From Candidatus Dojkabacteria bacterium (lineage in GTDB: Bacteria > Patescibacteriota > Dojkabacteria > SC72): DNA of 64,000 nt. The stretch spans positions 167,995 through 231,994 of the forward strand of contig JAGPFQ010000001.1 of assembly GCA_018056375.1 (NCBI GenBank), written 5' to 3'. The notes beneath the pieces were generated by a model. That model did no database searches. It saw only the letters and a program-made list of their open reading frames with translations, and was not told where the DNA came from. Position 1 is the first letter of the stretch; every line of letters starts with the position of its first letter. Shown here in pieces: positions 1 through 10,160 of the stretch. A program made the translations under genes and the position numbers.

Positions 1-231
1 GCTTCTTATAAACTGTTTGAACTTGGATGCTTGATGTACAATAGGAGACCTACAGTAAAAGAGATAGTGACTTTCTTGTTTCAGGGTAAGAAAAAAGATT
101 AACACTATCTTTACATCCAGAATTTATGGTATAATATAGATAGCTATGGAAGCTTTCTGTGATAGACTGCTTAGAGTGTAATCTCCCATATTTGTGGTGT
201 AGCGAATTTAATTTTTATTTATATATAAATA

Positions 232-492
232 ATGGGTAAAAAGTTATTTGTAGGCAACCTCAGCTGGAACGTCAGAGACGAGGAGTTGAAGGAAGCATTT
301 GCTCCATTTGGTACTGTTGAAGAAGCAGTAGTTATCATTGATAGAATGAAGAATAGATCCAAAGGTTTTGGATTTGTTACTTTTTCTACAGAAGATGAAG
401 CACAGAAAGCAATGACTGAAATGAATGGTAAAGAGATTGATGGCAGAGCTGTCAATGTATCTTTAGCCAGAGAAGAGAGAAGAGAGGAGTAA
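232..492 (+). CDS. RRM-domain RNA-binding protein (single RNA-recognition motif with a short Arg/Glu tail)
   Basis: RNP-2-like LFVGNL and RNP-1-like KGFGFVTF motifs; 86 aa; upstream TTTACA / extended -10 TGgTATAAT near 110-136. Confidence 0.75.
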   Translation: MGKKLFVGNLSWNVRDEELKEAFAPFGTVEEAVVIIDRMKNRSKGFGFVTFSTEDEAQKAMTEMNGKEIDGRAVNVSLAREERREE

Positions 493-513
493 TCCTTTTT
501 ATCTAGGAATTGC

Positions 514-543
514 AGAGGGGGTAGAAATACCTCCTCTTTTTTG
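514..543 (+). terminator. intrinsic terminator of the RRM gene
   Basis: 10-bp stem AGAGGGGGTA/TACCTCCTCT with GAAA loop, followed by a run of six T. Confidence 0.75.
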
Positions 544-558
544 TATGACCTCTTTTAA

Positions 559-739
559 GGTCTGACCTAGGTCTGTCCCTCTTTTTCCTTAGCTATCTGC
601 CTGTCTATCAAGGTTTGTTGGTTTGGATACTGCTGAGTTCGGCTTACAAAACCCAACCGAAATATGACGCTGTGGACTAGGAAACCGTTGTACAATGCGA
701 AAACCGAAGGAAATTGAAGGTCTGACCTGGACCAGACCC
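559..739. repeat. palindrome-bounded intergenic repeat element, copy A (related to 49672..49878)
   Basis: termini GGTCTGACCTAGGTCTG (559-577) and GGTCTGACCTGGACCAGACC (719-739); interior carries an AAGGTTTGT motif; lies between convergent gene ends. Confidence 0.45.
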
Positions 740-745
740 TTAGGG

Positions 746-2656
746 CTATGCCTCTGCGTTTAGCTTGTCGAGCTGTTGTTTGGCATAGAAGGTGAGGTTT
801 TTTCTCTTTGCCCACACCCTTTCTGTGCTTTTGAGGAGCTTCTTTCTAAGTCGGATATGCTTAGGTGTTACCTCTATCAACTCGTCATCTTTTATAAATG
901 ACAATGCATATTCAATGGTAAGTTGGATTGGTGTTTTAAGTGCAATCTCTGTCACCTGTGCATGGGACATCCTAACATTTGTCTTATGCCTCTCCTTACA
1001 TGGGTTTACCTCTATATCATCCGTTGTGTTAGTAACACCAATTATCATACCCTCATATACCTCTGTTGAACCTGATATAAAGAGTCTACCTCTCTCTTGA
1101 ACACTCATAAGGGCATATGCAAGAGCTGTACCAGTCTCTGATGATATGATAACTCCTTTTCTAAATAGTTCATCTCCTTTCTCATGAGGGACATATTCTA
1201 AAACAGCACTGTTGATAATGGCAGTACCCTTTGTTGCTGTCATTAAGTTCCTATGCAACCCAATTAAATTCCTAGTTAGAATATGATATGTAAACCTACT
1301 CTGTCCCTCTTCACTCTCCATATTAACCATCTTTCCTTTTCTCCCACTAACTTCTTCTGTAATTGCACTTAGGTATTCTTCTGGTGCATCAATGATTAAC
1401 TCCTCTAATGGCTCACACTCTACACCATCAATGTTTTGCAAAATAACCTCAGGCTTTCCTAATTCAAACTCATATCCTTCTCTTCTTAACTGTTCAACCA
1501 AGATTGCAAGTTGTAGTTCCCCTCTTCCAGAAACATAGTGGGCATTTGCACCTTTACTTTCAATCTTTAGACTAATATTTAACCTTTTCTCTTGGTCTAA
1601 CCTCTGTTGTAATTGTTTTGCAGTAACGAACTTACCTTCTTTTCCAACAAATGGAGATGTGTTAGCAGAGAACTTTACTCTAACTGTTGGAGGTGTAATC
1701 TTAATATCAGGCAATGGCTCTGGATTATCAACACTACAAAGTGTGGCACCAATATCTGTAGAATCAATACCAGTAACTGCAACAATCTCCCCTACTCCAG
1801 CTTCATTAATTGGAGTCCATTCTAACCCAACTTTAGTAAAAAGCTCATTAACTCTTCCCTGTTTCTTTTCAAAATCTTCTTGGTTAGAAACAAGAACAAT
1901 TGGATCTCCTACCTTTACTTTTCCATTTGATATCTTTCCAATCAAGTATCTTCCTAGATGTTCATCATATTCAATACTTGTTATCTGCATCTGAAATGGT
2001 TTGTTAATATCTCCACTTGGAGCAGGAAGATTTGTAACTATCTCATCTAATATTGGAGTTAGATCTCCTGTAGTACTATTTGGAATAGTCAAGTCTCCAG
2101 TAGGCATCTCTTTGAAAACTTTTCCTTCTCTGGATATTGCATAGTATATTGGGAAGTCTAGTTGCTCTTCTTTGGTAGCCAAAGAGAGGAAAAGATCATT
2201 GATTTTAGATGTAGTCTTTTCAATGTTAGCCAACTTCCTATCTATCTTGTTAATTATTACAACTGGCTTTAATCCTAATTCAAGAGCTTTCTTAAGAACG
2301 AATTTTGTTTGAGGCATAGTTCCTTCTTTTGCATCTACAAGTAGAAGACAACTATCTGCCATATTGAGAGTTCTTTCTACCTCTCCACCAAAATCAGAGT
2401 GTCCGGGTGTGTCAATTATATTTATCTTTACACCCTTGTACTTAATAGCGATATTCTTTGCACTGATTGTAATACCCTTCTCTTTTTCTAGTTCTCCTTT
2501 ATCTAGTATTCTTGTTTGTTGCATCTCCTCTTGGTTCTCTCTGAAGAGGTGTGTTTGCTTCATGAAGGCATCAACCAAGGTAGTTTTACCATGGTCTACA
2601 TGTGCGATGATAGCGATGTTTCTTAGGTTGTTTTTATCATTTATATTCTCTGACAT
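746..2656 (-). CDS. typA: translational GTPase TypA/BipA
   Basis: G1 motif AHVDHGKTT, DTPGH, NKID; EF-G-like domain order; 636 aa. Confidence 0.9.
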   Translation of the reverse strand: MSENINDKNNLRNIAIIAHVDHGKTTLVDAFMKQTHLFRENQEEMQQTRILDKGELEKEKGITISAKNIAIKYKGVKINIIDTPGHSDFGGEVERTLNMADSCLLLVDAKEGTMPQTKFVLKKALELGLKPVVIINKIDRKLANIEKTTSKINDLFLSLATKEEQLDFPIYYAISREGKVFKEMPTGDLTIPNSTTGDLTPILDEIVTNLPAPSGDINKPFQMQITSIEYDEHLGRYLIGKISNGKVKVGDPIVLVSNQEDFEKKQGRVNELFTKVGLEWTPINEAGVGEIVAVTGIDSTDIGATLCSVDNPEPLPDIKITPPTVRVKFSANTSPFVGKEGKFVTAKQLQQRLDQEKRLNISLKIESKGANAHYVSGRGELQLAILVEQLRREGYEFELGKPEVILQNIDGVECEPLEELIIDAPEEYLSAITEEVSGRKGKMVNMESEEGQSRFTYHILTRNLIGLHRNLMTATKGTAIINSAVLEYVPHEKGDELFRKGVIISSETGTALAYALMSVQERGRLFISGSTEVYEGMIIGVTNTTDDIEVNPCKERHKTNVRMSHAQVTEIALKTPIQLTIEYALSFIKDDELIEVTPKHIRLRKKLLKSTERVWAKRKNLTFYAKQQLDKLNAEA

Positions 2657-2724
2657 ACAAGCGGTGATTTTATCACTAAATTTGAATCATGGAAAGGTGC
2701 TTGTAGAAGGTATATATGGGGGTA

Positions 2725-2753
2725 TTGAAAATCTTATAGGGTTTTGGTATAAT
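2725..2753 (+). promoter_or_regulatory. sigma70-like promoter for the giant surface-protein gene
   Basis: TTGAAA, 17-nt spacer, TGgTATAAT; about 70 nt upstream of the ATG at 2824. Confidence 0.45.
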
Positions 2754-2823
2754 CCGAATATGTAGAGCATTGTTTCTACTTAAGTTATGATAACTTTATT
2801 TATTAATTTTTAATTACAAATTA

Positions 2824-5800
2824 ATGAAGTTAAACAAAAAATCTTTTTTGAAATCTTTGTATAAGGTTTCAACAGTCCTATTTTTAGTAGGATATAACTT
2901 TGCCCAACCATTTTTAGCTATTAGACAGTTGTTAGATATAGGAGGGGAAATTACTCCTGTGGCGGCTGCTGATGGGCCATATACTATTTCTTCTACTAGT
3001 GGTATTTGGACTAAGGTTGAAGGAACAAGTAACTATTCTGGTGTGAATACCAGTGAGATAAGATGGGGAACTGGAAACCCAAGAAGTGGACTGAAATTTA
3101 CTTCTGCTGGTACTCAAACTTTTGATGCTGATCAGAAATTCCTCATAGGAGATTTGACACATATGAACTGGCCAGTTTCTGGAGGTACTGCAGATTCTGC
3201 AACTCTAAAAGTTACTTTAAATTTTTCCCAACCTCCTCTTTCTCCAAATCCAACATTTTCATACAAGTTCAATATAAATGAGACAAGTAATGGCTATTCT
3301 CCTTATACAAATTGTCCAGGATATGCTATTGGTGAACAGTTAAGTAAAACCCCATGTGATGATGTAATTACATTTCCGAATGCATATGGTCAGGGAGTTT
3401 TTACAATTGGAGATATGAAATATACATTGAAGATTGATGGGTTCCAGAGTCAATATCCAACAGGGGATCCTGTATCTAAATTCATAACAGAAGAGAAGAA
3501 AAATAATGTAGCATACTTAGTTGGTCATTTAAGTTCTGTTTTAGTTGAAAAACCAGCAATTTCAATTGAAAAATATGTTGCTGCAGTTGTTGAAGGGGAG
3601 GAAGATGTTTGGCATGATGCAGATACTGCACCAGGTATGTATATTGGAAAAGGTGATGAGGTTAAATTTAAATATGTAGTTCAAAATACAGGTAATGTTA
3701 AATTGACAAACATAGTAGTAACAGATAATAAAGGAGTAACTGTATCTTGTCCTTCTCCTGCAGAATTAGAAGCTGGTGGTAAAATGACTTGTAATAGTGT
3801 TGGTAACTATTATGCAGATTTAGGACTTTATACAAATATTGGAACTGTTGAAGGAACTCATGCAGGAGGCACTGTTACAGCAAGTGATCCTGCAAACTAT
3901 ACAGGTGTGAATAAAATTAGAATTTGTCATGCAACTAAAAGTGGTGAGGTAAATCCATACAATAATGCACAGGCAAGTATGACAGGTGATGTTCAAGGAC
4001 ATGATTCTCATCATGGTAATGTTCCTCCAAGAGTTTGGTATCCAGGTATTCAAGGAACTTGGGATGATATTATTCCTCCGTTTAATAATGAAGGTATTAG
4101 TTATCCTGGGAAGAACTGGGATGCATACGGACAATCTGTATATTACAACAACTGTACAATTCCTACAGGGACACTAAAGGTTAATAAGGTAACCGTACCT
4201 GCTGGAGATAATACAGAATTTGCAATAACAGGTTCAGGAGAATCAGCAGTAACAGGTGCTCCTACATTTATGAATGGAAATACAGGAACAATATCAAGTG
4301 CTTCTTCACATACATTTACAGTGTATCCAGGTACCTACTCTGTTGCAGAAACAAAGACTGATGGTTGGAAAGAAGTAAGCAATACTTGTAAGGATATTGT
4401 AGTTGCAAATGGTAAGAATGAAGAATGTACAATTACTAATACTAAGTATAGTTCATTAACAATTATTAAGAATGCAACACCGAGAAGTGAAGAAGAATTT
4501 AGCTTTACCACAACAGGTGAAGGTTTGGAAAATTTCAAATTAGTAGATAACTCAGATACAAGTAATCCAAGTAAGGTGTTTGAGAATCTCTTACCAGGAA
4601 ATTACTCTGTTAATGAGATAATCCCAGAACAGTGGAATTGGTATTTAGATAAAGTTGAGTGTACAGATGGAAAAAACCATGAAGCACTTACACTCTCTGC
4701 AGGAGAAAATATTACATGTACATTTAATAATGTTGAGTATGGATCTATCTCAGGTCATAAATGGAATGACTTCGATGGTATTCCAGGTACTGCAGATGAT
4801 AAGCTCAACCCTATTAAAGATTGGACAATCTTCATTGATGCAAATAATAATAATATATTAGATCCAGGTGAGACATCTATGCTCACAGGTGTTGATGGTA
4901 AATACTCATTTACTAAGTTGGAACCAGGTACATATAAGATAATGGAAGTACTACAATTAGGTTGGATCAATATTACAGGTAAAAGTCAAAGTATTACAAT
5001 AACTGCAGGAGAGAACAGAGTAGATGTTGATTTCAGCAATGTTAAATATCCAACAATTCAGGTTATTAAGAATGTAGATACAGATGGTAATGGTTCAGTT
5101 GATAAGGAGAATGCAAAAGATTGGACATGGAAACTAGGAGTTAATGAGACATATGATACAGGTATAGATCCTGTTGAGAAGATGCCAGGTACATATACTA
5201 TCTCAGAGGTTCAGAAAGATAACTATCATGTGACATCATTAGTATGTACTAAGAATGGTACTGAAATAGTTAATAAAGTAAGTGAAAGTACAGATATTAC
5301 ATTACAATCAGGAGATAAAGTAGTATGTACATTTACTAACACAAGAGATACAGGTACATTGATTGTCCAGAAAGTAGTTGTTAATGATAATGGTGGAGAA
5401 CTCAAGGCAGGTAATTTCTCATTCAAAGTAAATAATGGTGCTACTGTAACATTCAATCAAAGTACAGCAAATCCTTTATTCGGTGAGAATACAATTACAA
5501 AAGTTCCAACAGGTTCCTACTCTATTGTAGAGGTAGAAGCAGATCAAAGAGGATATGCTACTACATACAGTAATGATTGTAATGGACAATTAAATAAAGG
5601 TGATATTAAAACCTGTGTAATTACAAATAATGATAATGCACCAAAATTAGAGTTAGTAAAAACAGTTACAAATGATAATGGAGGTACATTAGGTATAGAG
5701 AATTGGAAACTAATAGCTGATGATGGAGAGGCATCAATTAGTGGATTTGGTGGTGTTGTAAGTGGAGATAACTTCAAAGCAGGAACATATACATTAAGTG

Positions 5801-8646
5801 AAGAAGGTAAAGAAGGTGTAGATGTATCAGGATACAAAGCAGGTAACTGGAGTTGTGAAGGTGCAACTGTAAATGGTAATCAAGTAGTTGTTCCATTCCA
5901 AGGAAATGTTAAATGTACAATTAACAATAATGATATTGCACCCAAACTTACACTTAACAAAATAGTTTCTAATACACATGGAGGAAACAATCCAGAGTCT
6001 GATTGGATGCTCTACGCTACTAAAGATAATGTTGTTGCACTCTCAGGAGCAGGAGCAGAAGGAGATGCAGATGTAGTAAGTGGAGAAACATTCCAAGCAG
6101 GTACATATACATTAAGTGAAGAAGGTAAAGAAGGTGTAGATGTCTCAGGATATACAGCAAGTGATTGGGAATGTATTGGTGGTGTACAAAATGGAAGTAC
6201 TATAAAATTAGGTGTTGGCGAAGAAGCAGTATGTAGTATTACAAATAGTGATACTCCTGCTCAATTGACTGTCATCAAACAAGTTAAGAACGATGATGGT
6301 GGACAAGCAACAGTAGAAGAGTTTGAAATTAAGAATAACGGTACCAAACTTACATTTGGAACAGGTTCTACAACAGGTGATATTACAGAATATAAATCTA
6401 CTCCAGCTGTAGAATCTAATACAACATATACACTTACTGAAAAAGATCACTATGGATACACAGAAGGTACTTGGACATGTATTGATGATGTTGCTAAAAC
6501 ACCAGTTGATCACCCAGTAACCTTGAAAGAAGGACAGAAAGTAACTTGTACAGTTCTAAACGATGATATTGCACCAAAGTTAACAATAGTTAAAAACCTT
6601 AATATTCAATATGGTGGTACAGCACAACCAGATGACTTTAAATTAACAGTTGGTGGTGTCGGAGTATTATCTGGCGAAACAAACGAGTATCTTGCAAATA
6701 CACCTTATGCAATAAATGAGAAATCATTCGTTGGTTATGAGTTTGTATCAATCACAGGAAGTAATAAATGTCCTGCTGTATTAGGAGGAACAATAACTCT
6801 TGATTTGGCTGATAATATTACTTGTACAATTACAAACAAAGATTTACCAGCAACAGTTACAGTATACAAAGATGTCTTAGATGGATTCTCTAACGATATC
6901 TTTAAGGTTCAGCTTGAAGATGGAGGTGAGAAGCTAGATATCAGCGATACAAAAGAAGCTGATGATAGATTAGTAGCAGTATTTAGAGACTTAGATCGTG
7001 GAGAATACTACCCAGAGGAAGTTGAACTTCCAGATGGATATATAGCTGAAGGTTGTGTTCCATTAGAAGGTTCTAGCAATACTGTTGAGAATGGTATGGG
7101 AATTGAGTTTGTATGTACAAACAAAGTAATTGATCCTCTTCTTAATATTGAAAAGAGCAATGATAAACAACATATAGATCAATATGCAGGTGATGAGGTT
7201 ACATACACAATCACAGTAACAGCACCTGAAGATGGAGAGAAAGGTACATATGTATTAAATAATGTAGTAGTCTCAGACATTGCTCCAGCAGGATTCAAAT
7301 ATATCTCTGGAACATGGACAGCACAGAAGAATGGTGTTGATATCTCAGTACCAGAGCCTACATACGATGATAAAGGTCAAGCAAAATGGAATATTGGAGA
7401 TATGAAAGAAGGAGATGTAGTTGTATTAACATACAAGACTAGAATCTCTCTTCTACAAGATCCAGGTAACTATCCAGATATTGCATGGGTAGAAGGTAAA
7501 TCACTAATAGATGGTCAAGTATTAGGTGCTTCTACAGTAGATCCAGAAACACCATTTGTAGGTACTGATGTAACAGTAATAGATCCAATTGAAACAGAAG
7601 AAGGAGAAGTATTAGGTGCATCAATTACTCTACCAGTAACAGGTGCAAGTACATATCTAACATTAGGTGCATTAATTATGATGTTCTTAGGTGCAATTAC
7701 CCTACTCCTTAAACCATTCAAGAAGTTAAGCTATGCTCTTCTTACTGGTTTAATGGCACTATCATTTGTAACTCTACTTACTCCTAACAGAGTATTAGCA
7801 GCAGACAGTGATATTCAGGTAAGAATAATGCAACCTGCAACTCCAACAAACAAAACTAGCTTTAATGTTGGATTTGTAGCACTAGACCTTAACAACAAAG
7901 AGGTTACAGTAGAATGTTACAAAGATGGTACATTGTTCAAAACAATTCCTAATGCAAATGCAGGAAATTGTCCAGCAACAGTAGATGCAAGTGGAACATA
8001 TACTTTCTATGTCATTGCAAAATCTGCTTCTGGTGAACAAAAATCAGAAGATGCAATAGTTGTTGTAGACTTAGTAAAACCATCACCTGTAATTGACTAC
8101 TCAAAGGCAGGTAATGTGATTAAGTTCAAAACAGGAAATGATGCAAAGGTTGTGAAGGTTGAAATTCACAGATCTACAACTCCTAAATATACTGCAAATG
8201 AAAGTACGAGGGTTAAGACCATGAATGTAGAGCCAAATGAAGAGTATTCATGGACAGATACAACAGCAGAAGCAGGAAAGACATACTACTATGCTCTTAG
8301 AACAGTAGATGCTATCGGTAATACATCTACAATTGTATCAGACCCTGAGGTAGTAGAAGTACCTGCAGCAACTACAGGTACTGCAACCACAATAGCAACT
8401 ACAAATACAAGAACAGGAGATGTTGCAGGTCAAACAGATACAAAGAAAGAAGGAGAAGTTGCAGGTGAGACAGATGATATTACAGAAGGTGAAGATACAG
8501 AAGTAAAGAAGACAGAAGAAGGTAAAGAGAAAGTAGATATTAAGGAAACAGGAAAGAATATTTTAAGTAAATGGTACTTCTGGGTAATAGTAGTTGTAGT
8601 CATTGGAGGAGTAGCATTCTATGTCAGAAAACAAAAGAGTAATTAA
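2824..8646 (+). CDS. giant multi-domain surface adhesin / pilin-like sortase substrate (Cna-B/SpaA-type repeats) with internal LPVTG sorting signal and in-frame C-terminal Fn3 module
   Basis: N-terminal signal peptide; more than 8 repeats of G-T-Y-x-[LI]-x-E...G[YW] motifs typical of Cna-B/SpaA domains; LPVTG plus 22 hydrophobic residues plus KPFKK at aa 1603-1634; the ORF then continues for 306 aa (signal-peptide-like stretch, Fn3-like YYYALRTVDAIGNTS, IKETG plus TM plus RKQKSN). Confidence 0.8.
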   Translation: MKLNKKSFLKSLYKVSTVLFLVGYNFAQPFLAIRQLLDIGGEITPVAAADGPYTISSTSGIWTKVEGTSNYSGVNTSEIRWGTGNPRSGLKFTSAGTQTFDADQKFLIGDLTHMNWPVSGGTADSATLKVTLNFSQPPLSPNPTFSYKFNINETSNGYSPYTNCPGYAIGEQLSKTPCDDVITFPNAYGQGVFTIGDMKYTLKIDGFQSQYPTGDPVSKFITEEKKNNVAYLVGHLSSVLVEKPAISIEKYVAAVVEGEEDVWHDADTAPGMYIGKGDEVKFKYVVQNTGNVKLTNIVVTDNKGVTVSCPSPAELEAGGKMTCNSVGNYYADLGLYTNIGTVEGTHAGGTVTASDPANYTGVNKIRICHATKSGEVNPYNNAQASMTGDVQGHDSHHGNVPPRVWYPGIQGTWDDIIPPFNNEGISYPGKNWDAYGQSVYYNNCTIPTGTLKVNKVTVPAGDNTEFAITGSGESAVTGAPTFMNGNTGTISSASSHTFTVYPGTYSVAETKTDGWKEVSNTCKDIVVANGKNEECTITNTKYSSLTIIKNATPRSEEEFSFTTTGEGLENFKLVDNSDTSNPSKVFENLLPGNYSVNEIIPEQWNWYLDKVECTDGKNHEALTLSAGENITCTFNNVEYGSISGHKWNDFDGIPGTADDKLNPIKDWTIFIDANNNNILDPGETSMLTGVDGKYSFTKLEPGTYKIMEVLQLGWINITGKSQSITITAGENRVDVDFSNVKYPTIQVIKNVDTDGNGSVDKENAKDWTWKLGVNETYDTGIDPVEKMPGTYTISEVQKDNYHVTSLVCTKNGTEIVNKVSESTDITLQSGDKVVCTFTNTRDTGTLIVQKVVVNDNGGELKAGNFSFKVNNGATVTFNQSTANPLFGENTITKVPTGSYSIVEVEADQRGYATTYSNDCNGQLNKGDIKTCVITNNDNAPKLELVKTVTNDNGGTLGIENWKLIADDGEASISGFGGVVSGDNFKAGTYTLSEEGKEGVDVSGYKAGNWSCEGATVNGNQVVVPFQGNVKCTINNNDIAPKLTLNKIVSNTHGGNNPESDWMLYATKDNVVALSGAGAEGDADVVSGETFQAGTYTLSEEGKEGVDVSGYTASDWECIGGVQNGSTIKLGVGEEAVCSITNSDTPAQLTVIKQVKNDDGGQATVEEFEIKNNGTKLTFGTGSTTGDITEYKSTPAVESNTTYTLTEKDHYGYTEGTWTCIDDVAKTPVDHPVTLKEGQKVTCTVLNDDIAPKLTIVKNLNIQYGGTAQPDDFKLTVGGVGVLSGETNEYLANTPYAINEKSFVGYEFVSITGSNKCPAVLGGTITLDLADNITCTITNKDLPATVTVYKDVLDGFSNDIFKVQLEDGGEKLDISDTKEADDRLVAVFRDLDRGEYYPEEVELPDGYIAEGCVPLEGSSNTVENGMGIEFVCTNKVIDPLLNIEKSNDKQHIDQYAGDEVTYTITVTAPEDGEKGTYVLNNVVVSDIAPAGFKYISGTWTAQKNGVDISVPEPTYDDKGQAKWNIGDMKEGDVVVLTYKTRISLLQDPGNYPDIAWVEGKSLIDGQVLGASTVDPETPFVGTDVTVIDPIETEEGEVLGASITLPVTGASTYLTLGALIMMFLGAITLLLKPFKKLSYALLTGLMALSFVTLLTPNRVLAADSDIQVRIMQPATPTNKTSFNVGFVALDLNNKEVTVECYKDGTLFKTIPNANAGNCPATVDASGTYTFYVIAKSASGEQKSEDAIVVVDLVKPSPVIDYSKAGNVIKFKTGNDAKVVKVEIHRSTTPKYTANESTRVKTMNVEPNEEYSWTDTTAEAGKTYYYALRTVDAIGNTSTIVSDPEVVEVPAATTGTATTIATTNTRTGDVAGQTDTKKEGEVAGETDDITEGEDTEVKKTEEGKEKVDIKETGKNILSKWYFWVIVVVVIGGVAFYVRKQKSN

Positions 8647-9289
8647 CAAAAAGGTTCTAGTAGGAGTAATATTACTCCTGCTAGGCCTCACTGCCCTTCT
8701 TTTGACATACAGGCCAGTAATCAAGGCTAAGATATCGCAATATAGATTTTCAGAACCATCAACTAGCAATGTAGTTCTCTCTAAGGATGGAGATATTACT
8801 AAAGAGATTAAACCAGAAACAAAAGAAGTAATCCTAGATTCAAAGTTTGGTTTGTATATTCCAAAGATTAAATCAAATGCATCAGTAGTTGCTAATGTAA
8901 GTCCATACAAAGAAGCTGAATATATTAAAGCATTAGAAACAGGTATTGCACATGCAAAAGGTACAGTCACACCAGACAAGAAAGGTAATGTATTTCTCTT
9001 TGCACACTCAGCAGTAAATTTCTATGAAAGAAACAAATATGATGTATACTTCTATCTCCTTCATGAATTAAAGAAAGATGATGAAATATTTGTAAGTTAT
9101 AACGGTATTATCTACAAATACAGAGTTCAAGAGGTAAAGATTGTTAACAGAGATGATGTTAAATATCTAAGTAAGTACTCTGATGAGGATACTCTAACCT
9201 TAATGACCTGCTATCCTGCAGGTACAGACTGGAAGAGAACAATAGTTATCGCTTACAGAGACTCTCAAGAACCTATTGTTGAGAAATAA
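8621..9289 (+). CDS. sortase (transpeptidase), membrane-anchored
   Basis: N-terminal TM; active-site His (FLFAHS), TLMTC catalytic Cys motif and downstream Arg; start overlaps the adhesin stop by 26 nt. Confidence 0.8.
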   Translation: MSENKRVINKKVLVGVILLLLGLTALLLTYRPVIKAKISQYRFSEPSTSNVVLSKDGDITKEIKPETKEVILDSKFGLYIPKIKSNASVVANVSPYKEAEYIKALETGIAHAKGTVTPDKKGNVFLFAHSAVNFYERNKYDVYFYLLHELKKDDEIFVSYNGIIYKYRVQEVKIVNRDDVKYLSKYSDEDTLTLMTCYPAGTDWKRTIVIAYRDSQEPIVEK

Positions 9290-9359
9290 TCTGTCTCTTC
9301 GTTTTCCGTACACAATCATGTATACTAAAACTAGCTAATTAAGTTGTTAGTTAATATAT

Positions 9360-9743
9360 ATGACAAAAAGACATCAAGTATACAAATGTAATATTTGTGG
9401 AAATATTGTAGAAGTACTACATGAAGGAGCAGGTACATTAGTATGTTGTGCTCAAGATATGGTTCTTTTTGAAGAGAAAAAAGAAGAAGAAGGTAATGAA
9501 AAGCATCTTCCTGTTGTAAAGGTAGAAGGAAACAAAGTTATTGTAGAAGTTGGTTCAGTCCCCCATCCTATGGAAGAAGTTCACTACATTGAGTGGATTG
9601 AAGTAATTAATGGAGATGAAAGTAAAAAAGTATTCCTTAAACCAAATCAAGAACCTAAAGCAGAATTCCTTTTTGAAAATATTGGTGAATTAAGAGTTAG
9701 AGAATATTGCAATCTACATGGTCTTTGGGAAACAGTAGTTTAA
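9360..9743 (+). CDS. desulfoferrodoxin-type superoxide reductase
   Basis: N-terminal desulforedoxin CxxC...CC cluster and C-terminal neelaredoxin His/Glu ligands (HPMEEVHYIEWI). Confidence 0.8.
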   Translation: MTKRHQVYKCNICGNIVEVLHEGAGTLVCCAQDMVLFEEKKEEEGNEKHLPVVKVEGNKVIVEVGSVPHPMEEVHYIEWIEVINGDESKKVFLKPNQEPKAEFLFENIGELRVREYCNLHGLWETVV

Positions 9744-10160
9744 CTACTTCATAACCGAAAAAGAGACTTTTGCCTTCTCACTTGCTGTGAACTGGCCTTT
9801 CTCTTCAAACTCCTCAATAACTTGAACACAAGCAGTATCTTCTTCAGGTTTTGCTATCTTAAGTACAACAGACACCTGTTCTGGATATGACTCTAAAATT
9901 AATGTTTCTACTGATGCTTTATGACATGGAGATGGTAATTGTCCTTTTACAGTATATTCCCAAGTATTTTCTTTAGTATATTCTGCTACAAAATCAAAAC
10001 CCTCCTTACTATCCTCTATTCTTAAATTCTCTGTTGTTTTACTATTATCAACATCAGCTACCCTATCTTTAACAAAAAATACTTGGTAGAGAATACCTCC
10101 AACTACAATTAGTAAAAAAAGTAAAACTCCTATTCCTATAACTCCTTTCTTGTTATCCAT
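9744..10160 (-). CDS. hypothetical membrane-anchored protein (single N-terminal TM)
   Basis: ORF of 138 aa with a hydrophobic N-terminus; no recognisable domain. Confidence 0.45.
   Translation of the reverse strand: MDNKKGVIGIGVLLFLLIVVGGILYQVFFVKDRVADVDNSKTTENLRIEDSKEGFDFVAEYTKENTWEYTVKGQLPSPCHKASVETLILESYPEQVSVVLKIAKPEEDTACVQVIEEFEEKGQFTASEKAKVSFSVMK

Noticed and set aside
792-2765. Plus-strand ORFs antisense to typA (792..1100, 1613..1825, 1659..1994, 2364..2765)
   Set aside because: They lie entirely inside or antisense to the well-supported typA CDS, have low-complexity composition and no motifs; they are typical shadow ORFs.
7678-8646. Independent internal translation start (ATG 7678/7681 or 7753) for the C-terminal Fn3 module
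   Set aside because: An AGGTG lies 8 nt before 7678, but it falls inside the sorting-signal TM coding sequence, and the resulting N-terminus would not be a canonical signal peptide. A single precursor is favoured, but separate initiation cannot be excluded.
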